Assembly: GCA_964016885.1 (NCBI GenBank)
Contig: OZ024741.1
Span: 247,752,001 to 247,816,000 of the forward strand
Direction: 5' to 3'
Source: Eledone cirrhosa
Lineage: Eukaryota
DNA length: 64,000 nt
Under the pieces are notes generated by a model, which was not told the origin of the DNA, searched no databases, and saw nothing but the letters and a program-made list of their open reading frames with translations. Position numbers and translations under genes: made by a program. Below, one piece after another: positions 1-11,300 of the stretch (the stretch's first letter is position 1; the number at the start of each line of letters is the position of its first letter).

Positions 1-3000
1 ATATTACCTCCCCTTGGACGGCTGGAAATTATCTCCCCTTGATTTTTTTACAAATTATCTCCCCCTGATTTATTTTACAAATCTCCCAATGATTTTTAAA
101 AAAAAATTATCTCCCCTTCGCTGGCTGGAAATTATCTCCCCTTGGACGCTGGAAATTATCTCCCCTTGGACGGCTGAAAATTATCTCCCCTTGGACGGCT
201 GGAAATTATCTCCCCTTGATTTTTTTTACAAATTATCTCCCCCTGATTTTTTTTTACAAATTATCTCCGCCTGATTTTTTTTACAAATTATCTCCCCCTG
301 ATTTTTTTTTACAAATTATCTCCCCCTGATTTTTTTACAAATTATCTCCCCCTGATTTTTTTTACAAATTATCTCCGCCTGATTTTTTAAAATATTATCT
401 TCCCTTGGCTGGCGGGAAATTATCTCCCCTTGGACGGCTGGAAATTATCTGCCCTTGATTTTCTTTTTACAAATTATCTTCCACTGATTTTTTTTACAAA
501 TTATCTCCACCTGATTTTTTAAAAAATTATCTCCCCTTGGACGGCTGGAAATTATCTCCCCTTGGAAGGCTGGAAATTATCTCTCCTTGGACGGCTAGAA
601 TTTACCTCTCCTTGGACGGCTGAAAATTATCTCCCCTTGGACGGCTGGAAATTATCTCCCCTTGATTTTTTTTACAAATTATCTCCCCCTGATTTTTTTT
701 TACAAATTATCTCCCCCTGATTTTTTTTTACAAATTATCACCCCCTGATTTTTTTTTACAAATTATCTCCCCCTGATTTTTTTTACAAATTATCTCCCCC
801 TGATTTTTTTACAAATTATCTCCCCTTGGCTGGCTGGAAATTATCTCCCCTTGGAGGCTGGAACTTATCTCCCCTTGGACGGCTAGAAATTACCTCTCCT
901 TGGACGGCTGGAAAATATGTCTCCTTGGACGGCTGGATATTATCTCCCCTTGGACGGCTGGAAATTATCTCCCCTTGGACGGCTGGAAATTATCTCCCCT
1001 TGGATGGCTAGATATTACCTCCCCTTGGACGGCTGGAAATTATCTCCCCTTGATTTTTTTACAAATTATCTCCCCCTGATTTTTTTTTACAAATTATCTC
1101 CCCCTGATTTTTTTTTACAAATTATCTCCCCCTGATTTTTGTTTACAAATTATCTCCGCCTGATTTTTTTTTTAAAATTATCTCCCCTTGGACGGCTGGA
1201 AATTATCTCCCCTTGGACGGCTAGAAATTACCTCTCCTTGGACGGCTGAAAATTATCTCCCCTTGGACGGCTGGAAATTATCTCCCCTTGATTTTTTTAC
1301 AAATTATCTCCCCCTGATTTTTTTTTTACAAATTATCTCCCCCTGATTTTTTTTTACAAATTATCTACCCCTGATTTTTTTTTACAAATTATCTACCCCT
1401 GATTTTTTTTACAAATTATCTCCCCCTGATTTTTTTTACAAATTATCTCCCCCTGATTTTTTCTTTACAAATTATCTCCCCCTGATTTTTTTACAAATTA
1501 TCTCCCCTTGATTTTTTTTACAACTTATCTGCGCCTGATTTTTTTTAAAAAATTATCTCCCCTTGGACGGCTGGAAATTATCTCCCCTTGGACGGCTGGA
1601 AATTATCTCTCCTTGGACGGCTAGAATTTACCTCTCCTTGGACGGCTGAAAATTATCTCCCCTTGGACGGCTGGGAATTATCTCCCCTTGATTTTTTTTA
1701 CAAATTATCTCCCCCTGATTTTTTTTTACAAATTATCTCCCCCTGATTTTTTTTTACAAATTATCTCCCCCTGATTTTTTTTTACAAATTATCTCCCCCT
1801 GATTTTTTTACAAATTATCTCCCCTTGGCTGGCTGGAAATTATCTCCCCTTGGAGCCTGGAACTTATGTCCCCTTGGACGGCTAGAAATTACCTCTCCTT
1901 GGACGGCTGGATATTATCTCCCCTTGGACGGCTGGAAATTATCTCCCCTTGGACGGCTGGAAATTATCTCCCCTTGGATGGCTAGATATTACCTCCCCTT
2001 GGACGGCTGGAAATTATCTCCCCTTGATTTTTTTTACAAATTATCTCCCCCTGATTTTTTTTTACAAATTATCTCCCCCTGATTTTTTTTTACAAATTAT
2101 CTCCCCCTGATTTTTGTTTACAAATTATCTCCGCCTATTTTTTTTAAAAAATTATCTCCCCTTGGACGGCTGGAAATTATCTCCCCTTGGACGGCTAGAA
2201 ATTACCTCTCCTTGGACGGCTGAAAATTATCTCCCCTTGGACGGCTGGAAATTATCTCCCCTTGATTTTTTTACAAATTATCTCCCCCTGATTTTTTTTT
2301 TACAAATTATCTCCCCCTGATTTTTTTTTTACAAATTATCTCCCCCTGATTTTTTTACAAATTATCTCCCCCTAATTTTTTTTACAAATTATCTCCGCCT
2401 GATTTTTTTAAATATTATCTCTCCTTGGCTGGCGGGAAATTATCTCACCTTGGACGGCTGGAAATTATCTCCCCTTGGAAGAATGGAAATTATCTCCCCT
2501 TGGACGGCTGGAAATTATCTACCCCTGATTTTTTTTACAAATTATCTCCCCCTGATTTTTTTTACAAATTATCTCCCCCTGATTTTTTTTTACAAATTAT
2601 CTACCCCTGATTTTTTTTACAAATTATCTCCCCCTGATTTTTTTTACAAATTATCTCCCCCTGATTTTTTTTTACAAATTATCTACCCCTGATTTTTTTT
2701 ACAAATTATCTCCCCCTGATTTTTTTTTACAAATTATCTCCCCCTGATTTTTTTACAAATTATCTCCCCCTGATTTTTTTTACAATCTCCGCCTGATTTT
2801 TTTAAAAATTATCTTCTCTTGGCTGGCTGGAAATTATCTCCCCTTGGACACTGGAAATTATAGCCACTTGGAGGGCTGGAAATTATCTTCCCTTGGACGG
2901 CTGGAAATTATCTCCCCTTGATTTTTTTTACAAATTATCTCCGCCTGATTTTTTTTTACAAATTATCTCCCCCTGATTTTTTTTTACAAATTATCTACCC

Positions 3001-3849
3001 CTGATTTTTTTTTACAAATTATCTCCCCCTGATTTTTTTTACAAATTATCTCCCCCTGATTTCTCTTTTACAAATTATCTCCCCCTGATTTTTTTACAAA
3101 TTATCTCCCCCTGATTTTTTTTACAAATTATCTCCGCCTGATTTTTTTAAATATTATCTTCCCTTGGCTGGCGGGAAATTATCTCCCCTTGGACGGCTAG
3201 AATTTACCTCTCCTTGGACGGCTGAAAATTATCTCCCCTTGGACGGCTGGAAATTATCTCCCCTTGATTTTTTTTACAAATTATCTCCCCCTGATTTTTT
3301 TTTACAAATTATCTCCCCCTGATTTTTTTTTACAAATTATCTCCCCCTGATTTTTTTTTACAAATTATCTACCCCTGATTTTTTTTTACAAATTATCTCC
3401 CCTTGGCTGGCTGGAAATTATCTCCCCTTGGAGGCTGGAACTTATCTCCCCTTGGACGGCTAGAAATTACCTCTCCTTGGACGGCTGGAAAATATGTCTC
3501 CTTGGACGGCTGGATATTATCTCCCCTTGGACGGCTGGAAATTATCTCCCCTTGGACGGCTGAAAATTATCTCCCCTTGATTTTTTTTACAAATTATCTC
3601 CCCCTGATTTTTTTTTACAAATTATCTCCCCCTGATTTTTGTTTACAAATTATCTCCGCCTGATTTTTTAAAAAAATTATCTCCCCTTGGACGGCTGGAA
3701 ATTATCTCCCCTTGGACGGATAGAAATTACCTCTCCTTGGACGGCTGAAAATTATCTCCCCTTTGACGGCTGGAAATTATCTCCCCTTGATTTTTTTACA
3801 AATTATCTCCCCCTGATTTTTTTTTTACAAATTATCTCCCCCTGATTTT

Positions 3850-6800
3850 TTTTTACAAATTATCTACCCCTGATTTTTTTTTACAAATTATCTCCCCCTG
3901 ATTTTTTTTACAAATTATCTCCCCCTGATTTTTTTTTACAAATTATCTCCCCCTGATTTTTTTACAAATTATCTCCCCCTGATTTTTTTTACAAATTATC
4001 TCCGCCTGATTTTTTTAAATATTATCTCTCCTTGGCTGGCGGGAAATTATCTCCCCTTGGACGGCTGGAAATTATCTCCCCTTGGAAGGATGGAAATTAT
4101 CTCCCCTTGGACGGCTGGAAATTATCTACCCCTGATTTTTTTTACAAATTATCTCCCCCTGATTTTTTTTACAAATTATCTCCCCCTGATTTTTTTTACA
4201 AATTATCTACCCCTGATTTTTTTTACAAATTATCTCCCCCTGATTTTTTTTACAAATTATCTCCCCCTGATTTTTTTTTTACAAATTATCTCACCCTGAT
4301 TTTTTTACAAATTATCTCCCCCTGATTTTTTTTACAAATTATCTCCGCCTGATTTTTTTAAATATTATCTTCCCTTGGCTGGCGGGAAATTATCTCCCCT
4401 TGAAGGGCTGAAAATTATCTCCCCTTGGACGGCTGGAAATTATCTCCCCTTGATTTTTTTTACAAATTATCTCCCCCTGATTTTTTTTTACAAATTATCT
4501 CCCCCTGATTTTTTTTACAAATTATCTCCCCCTGATTTTTTTTTACAAATTATCTGCCGCTGATTTTTTTTACAAATTATCTCCCCCTGATTTTTTTACA
4601 AATTATCTCCCCTTGGCTGGCTGGAAATTACCTCCCCTTGGAGGCTGGAATTTATCTCCCCTTGGACGGCTAGAAATTACCTCTCCTTGGACGGCTGGAA
4701 AATATGTCTCCTTGGACGGCTGGATATTATCTCCCCTTGGACGGCTGGAAATTATCTCCCCTTGGACGGCTGGAAATTATCTCCCCTTGGACGGATAGAT
4801 ATTACCTCCCCTTGGACGGCTGGAAATTATCTCCCCTTGGACGGCTGGAAATTATCTCCCCATGGACGGCTGGAAATTATCTCCCCTTGGACGGCTAGAA
4901 ATTATCTCTCCTTGGACGGCTGAAAATTATCTCCCCTTGGACGGCTGGAAATTATCTCCCGTTGGACGGCTGGAAATTATCTCGCCTTGGACGGCTAGAA
5001 TTTACCTCTCCTTGGACGGCTGAAAATTATCTCCCCTTGGACGGCTGGAAATTATCTCCCCTTGATTTTTTTTACAAATTATCTCCCCCTGATTTTTTTT
5101 TACAAATTATCTCCCCCTGATTTTTTTTTACAAATTATCTCCCCCTGATTTTTTTTACAAATTATCTCCCCCTGATTTTTTAACAAATTATCTCCCCTTG
5201 GCTGGCTGGAAATTATCTCCCCTTGGAGGCTGGAACTTATCTCCCCTTGGACGGCTAGAAATTACCTCTCCTTGGACGGCTGGAAAATATGTCTCCTTGG
5301 ACGGCTGGATATTATCTCCCCTTGGACGGCTGGAAATTATCTCCCCTTGGACGGCTGGAAATTATCTCCCCTTGGATGGCTAGATATTACCTCCCCTTGG
5401 ACGGCTGGAAATTATCTCCCTTTGATTTTTTTTACAAATTATCTCCCCCTGATTTTTTTTTACAAATTATCTCCCCCTGATTTTTTTTTACAAATTATCT
5501 ACCCCTGATTTTTTTTTACAAATTATCTCCCCCTGATTTTTTTTACAAATTATCTCCCCCTGATTTTTTTTTACAAATTATCTCCCCCTGATTTTTTTAC
5601 AAATTATCTCCCCCTGATTTTTTTTACAAATTATCTCCGCCTGATTTTTTTAAATATTATCTCTCCTTGGCTGGCGGGAAATTATCTCCCCTTGGACGGC
5701 TGGAAATTATCTCCCCTTGGAAGGATGGAAATTATCTCCCCTTGGACGGCTGGAAATTATCTACCCCTGATTTTTTTTACAAATTATCTCCCCCTGATTT
5801 TTTTTACAAATTATCTCCCCCTGATTTTTTTTACAAATTATCTACCCCTGATTTTTTTTACAAATTATCTCCCCCTGATTTTTTTTACAAATTATCTCCC
5901 CCTGATTTTTTTTTTACAAATTATCTCACCCTGATTTTTTTACAAATTATCTCCCCCTGATTTTTTTTACAAATTATCTCCGCCTGATTTTTTTAAATAT
6001 TATCTTCCCTTGGCTGGCGAGAAATTATCTCCCCTTGAAGGGCTGAAAATTATCTCCCCTTGGACGGCTGGAAATTATCTCCCCTTGATTTTTTTTACAA
6101 ATTATCTCCCCCTGATTTTTTTTACAAATTATCTCCCCCTGATTTTTTTTACAAATTATCTCCCCCTGATTTTTTTTTACAAATTATCTGCCGCTGATTT
6201 TTTTTACAAATTATCTCCCCCTGATTTTTTTACAAATTATCTCCCCTTGGCTGGCTGGAAATTACCTCCCCTTGGAGGCTGGAATTTATCTCCCCTTGGA
6301 CGGCTAGAAATTACCTCTCCTTGGACGGCTGGAAAATATGTCTCCTTGGACGGCTGGATATTATCTCCCCTTGGACGGCTGGAAATTATCTCCCCTTGGA
6401 CGGCTGGAAATTATCTCCCCTTGGACGGATAGATATTACCTCCCCTTGGACGGCTGGAAATTATCTCCCCTTGGACGGCTGGAAATTATCTCCCCATGGA
6501 CGGCTGGAAATTATCTCCCCTTGGACGGCTATAAATTATCTCTCCTTGGACGGCTGAAAATTATCTCCCCTTGGACGGCTGGAAATTATCTCCCGTTGGA
6601 CGGCTGGAAATTATCTCGCCTTGGACGGCTAGAATTTACCTCTCCTTGGACGGCTGAAAATTATCTCCCCTTGGACGGCTGGAAATTATCTCCCCTTGAT
6701 TTTTTTTACAAATTATCTCCCCCTGATTTTTTTTTACAAATTATCTCCCCCTGATTTTTTTTTAGAAATTATCTCCCCCTGATTTTTTTTTACAAATTAT

Positions 6801-7150
6801 CTCCCCCTGATTTTTTTTACAAATTATCTCCCCCCTGATTTTTTAACAAATTATCTCCCCTTGGCTGGCTGGAAATTATCTCCCCTTGGAGGCTGGAACT
6901 TATCTCCCCTTGGACGGCTAGAAATTACCTCTCCTTGGACGGCTGGAAAATATGTCTCCTTGGACGGCTGGATATTATCTCCCCTTGGACGGCTGGAAAT
7001 TATCTCCCCTTGGACGGCTGGAAATTATCTCCCCTTGGATGGCTAGATATTACCTCCCCTTGGACGGCTGGAAATTATCTCCCTTTGATTTTTTTTACAA
7101 ATTATCTCCCCCTGATTTTTTTTTACAAATTATCTCCCCCTGATTTTTTT
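3850..7150 (+). repeat. ~1.63-kb tandem duplication within the satellite (copies ~3850-5485 and ~5485-7150)
   Basis: Identical or near-identical ORF pairs at offset 1634-1635 (4032/5667, 4057/5692, 4375/6010, 4687/6321). Shared rare variants: ctcaccctga, ttgaagggctg, ctgccgctga, ccccatgg, cccgttgg, ctcgcc. The offset becomes 1663 after an extra B monomer. Confidence 0.9.
4613..5064 (+). repeat. Longest pure A-run cassette (18 monomers, ~450 bp); further copies start at ~6247, 21649, 35487, 38137, 39801, 59980
   Basis: Uninterrupted 25-bp monomers with a fixed order of variants, always preceded two B monomers earlier by the ctgccgctga variant. Confidence 0.9.
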
Positions 7151-8309
7151 TTACAAATTATCTCCCCCTGATTTTTGTTTACAAATTATCTCCGCCTGAT
7201 TTTTTTTTAAAAATTATCTCCCCTTGGACGGCTGGAAATTATCTCCCCTTGGACGGCTAGAAATTACCTCTCCTTGGACGGCTGAAAATTATCTCCCCTT
7301 GGACGGCTGGAAATTATCTCCCCTTGATTTTTTTACAAATTATCTCCCCCTGATTTTTTTTTTACAAATTATCTCCCCCTGATTTTTTTTTACAAATTAT
7401 CTACCCCTGATTTTTTTTTACAAATTATCTCCCCCTGATTTTTTTTACAAATTATCTCCCCCTGATTTTTTTTTACAAATTATCTCCCCCTGATTTTTTT
7501 ACATATTATCTCCCCCTGATTTTTTTTACAAATTATCTCCGCCTGATTTTTTTAAATATTATCTCTCCTTGGCTGGCGGGAAATTATCTCCCCTTGGACG
7601 GCTGGAAATTATCTCCCCTTGGAAGGATGGAAATTATCTCCCCTTGGACGGCTAGAAATTATCTCTCTTTGGACGGCTGGAAATTATCACCCCTTGAGTT
7701 TTTTACAAATTATCTCCCCCTGATTTTTTTTACAAATCTCCCAGTGATTTTTTAAAAAAAATTATCTCCCCTTCGCTGGCTGGAAATTATCTCCCCTTGG
7801 ACGCTGGAAATTATAGCACCTTGGAGGGCTGGAAATTATCTTCCCTTGGACGGCTGGAAATTATCTCCCCTTGATTTTTTTTACAAATTATCTCCCCCTG
7901 ATTTTTTTTTACAAATTATCTCCCCCTGATTTTTTTTACAACTTATCTGCGCCTGATTTTTTTAAAAAAATTATCTCCCCTTGGACGGCTGGAAATTATC
8001 TCCCCTTGGACGGCTGGAAATTATCTCTCCTTGGACGGCTAGAATTTACCTCTCCTTGGACGGCTGAAAATTATCTCCCCTTGGACGGCTGGAAATTATC
8101 TCCCCTTGATTTTTTTTACAAATTATCTCCCCCTGATTTTTTTTTACAAATTATCTCCCCCTGATTTTTTTTACAAATTATCTCCCCCTGATTTTTTTTT
8201 ACAAATTATCTCCCCCTGATTTTTTTTACAAATTATCTCCCCCTGATTTTCTTACAAATTATCTCCCCTTGGCTGGCTGGAAATTATCTCCCCTTGGAGG
8301 CTGGAACTT

Positions 8310-11300
8310 ATGTCCCCTTGGACGGCTAGAAATTACCTCTCCTTGGACGGCTGGATGATATGTCTCCTTGGACGGCTGGATATTATCTCCCCTTGGACGG
8401 CTGGAAATTATCTCCCCTTGGACGGCTGGAAATTATCTCCCCTTGGATGGCTAGATATTACCTCCCCTTGGACGGCTGGAAATTATCTCCCCTTGATTTT
8501 TTTTACAAATTATCTCCCCCTGATTTTTTTTTACAAATTATCTCCCCCTGATTTTTTTTTACAAATTATCTCCCCCTGATTTTTGTTTACAAATTATCTC
8601 CGCCTGATTTTTTTTTTAAATTATCTCCCCTTGGACGGCTGGAAATTATCTCCCCTTGGACGGCTAGAAATTACCTCTCCTTGGACGGCTGAAAATTATC
8701 TCCCCTTGGACGGCTGGAAATTATCTCCCCTTGATTTTTTTACAAATTATCTCCCCCTGATTTTTTTTTTACAAATTATCTCCCCCTGATTTTTTTTTTA
8801 CAAATTATCTCCCCCTGATTTTTTTACAAATTATCTCCCCCTAATTTTTTTTACAAATTATCTCCGCCTGATTTTTTTAAATATTATCTCTCCTTGGCTG
8901 GCGGGAAATTATCTCCCCTTGGACGGCTGGAAATTATCTCCCCTTGGAAGGATGGAAATTATCTCCCCTTGGACGGCTGGAAATTATCTACCCCTGATTT
9001 TTTTTACAAATTATCTCCCCCTGATTTTTTTTACAAATTATCTCCCCCTGATTTTTTTTTACAAATTATCTACCCCTGATTTTTTTTACAAATTATCTCC
9101 CCCTGATTTTTTTTACAAATTATCTCCCCCTGATTTTTTTTACAAATTATCTCCACCTGATTTTTTTACAAATTATCTCCCCCTGATTTTTTTTACAAAT
9201 TATCTTCCTCTGATTTTTTTACAAATTTTCTCCCCTTGGCTGGCTGGAAATTATCTCCCCTTGGACGGCTAGAAATTACCTCTCCTTGGATGGCTGGAAA
9301 TTATCTCCCCTTGGACGGCTGGAAATTATCTCCCCTTGGACGGATAGATATTACCTCCCCTTGGACGGCTGGAAATTATCTCCCCTTGATTTTTTTACAA
9401 ATTATCTCCCCCTGATTTATTTTACAAATCTGCCAATGATTTTTAAAAAAAAATTATCTCCCCTTCGCTGGCTGGAAATTATCTCCCCTTGGACGCTGGA
9501 AATTATAGCCCCTTGGAGGGCTGGAAATTATCTTCCCTTGGACGGCTGGAAATTATCTCCCCTTGATTTTTTTTACAAATTATCTCCCCCTGATTTTTTT
9601 TACAAATTATCTCCCCCTGATTTTTTTTACAAATTATCTACCCCTGATTTTTTTTACAAATTATCTCCCTCTGATTTTTTTTACAAATTATCTCCCCCTG
9701 GAGATTTTTTTTTACAAATTATCTCCCCCTGATTTTTTTTACAAATTATCTCCCCCTGATTTTTTTTACAAATTATCTACCCCTGATTTTTTTTACAAAT
9801 TATCTCCCCCTGATTTTTTTTTACAAATTATCTCCCCCTGATTTTTTTTTACAAATTATCTCCCCCTGATTTTTTTACAAATTATCTCCCCCTGATTTTT
9901 TTTACAATCTCCGCCTGATTTTTTTAAAAATTATCTTCCCTTGGCTGGCTGGAAATTATCTCCCCTTGGACACTGGAAATTATAGCCCCTTGGAGGGCTG
10001 GAAATTATCTTCCCTTGGACGGCTGGAAATTATCTCCCCTTGATTTTTTTTACAAATTATCTCCGCCTGATTTTTTTTTACAAATTATCTCCCCCTGATT
10101 TTTTTTTACAAATTATCTACCCCTGATTTTTTTTTACAAATTATCTCCCCCTGATTTTTTTTACAAATTATCTCCCCCTGATTTTTCTTTTACAAATTAT
10201 CTCCCCCTGATTTTTTTACAAATTATCTCCCCCTGATTTTTTTTACAAATTATCTCCGCCTGATTTTTTTAAATATTATCTTCCCTTGGCTGGCGGGAAA
10301 TTATCTCCCCTTGGACGGCTGGAAATTATCTACCCTTGATTTTCTTTTTACAAATTATCTTCCACTGATTTTTTTTACAAATTATCTCCACCTGATTTTT
10401 TTAAAAATTATCTCCCCTTGGAAGGCTGGAAATTATCTCCCCTTGGCTGGAAATTATCTCCCCTTGGACGGCTAGAAATTATCTCTTTGGACGGCTGGAA
10501 ATTATCACCCCTTGAGTTTTTTACAAATTATCTCCCCCTGATTTTTTTTACAAATCTCCCAGTGATTTTAAAAAAAAAATTATCTCCCCTTCGCTGGCTG
10601 GAAATTATCTCCCCTTGGACGCTGGAAATTATAGCCCCTTGGAGGGCTGGAAATTATCTTCCCTTGGACGGCTGGAAATTATCTCCCCTTGATTTTTTTT
10701 ACAAATTATCTCCCCCTGATTTTTTTTTACAAATTATCTCCCCCTGATTTTTTTTACAACTTATCTGCGCCTGATTTTTTTAAAAAAATTATCTCCCCTT
10801 GGACGGCTGGAAATTATCTCCCCTTGGACGGCTGGAAATTATCTCTCCTTGGACGGCTAGAATTTACCTCTCCTTGGACGGCTGAAAATTATCTCCCCTT
10901 GGACGGCTGGAAATTATCTCCCCTTGATTTTTTTTACAAATTATCTCCCCCTGATTTTTTTTTACAAATTATCTCCCCCTGATTTTTTTACAAATTATCT
11001 CCCCTTGGCTGGCTGGAAATTATCTCCCCTTGGAGGCTGGAACTTATCTCCCCTTGGACGGCTAGAAATTACCTCTCCTTGGACGGCTGGAAAATATGTC
11101 TCCTTGGACGGCTGGATATTATCTCCCCTTGGACGGCTGGAAATTATCTCCCCTTGGACGGCTGGAAATTATCTCCCCTTGGATGGCTAGATATTACCTC
11201 CCCTTGGACGGCTGGAAATTATCTCCCCTTGATTTTTTTTACAAATTATCTCCCCCTGATTTTTTTTACAAATTATCTCCCCCTGATTTTTTTTTACAAA

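Noticed and set aside
24-40. NF-kB site (GGGGAGATAATTTCC on the minus strand)
   Set aside because: The half-sites are too far apart for the 10-11-bp GGGRNWYYCC consensus.
114-135. CENP-B-box-like cttcgctggctggaaa
   Set aside because: It has TTCG but lacks the required A and CGGG of nTTCGnnnnAnnCGGGn.
216-390. Poly-T tracts as rho-independent or Pol III terminators
   Set aside because: There is no preceding GC hairpin and no recognisable transcription unit or A/B boxes. The tracts are simply part of monomer B.
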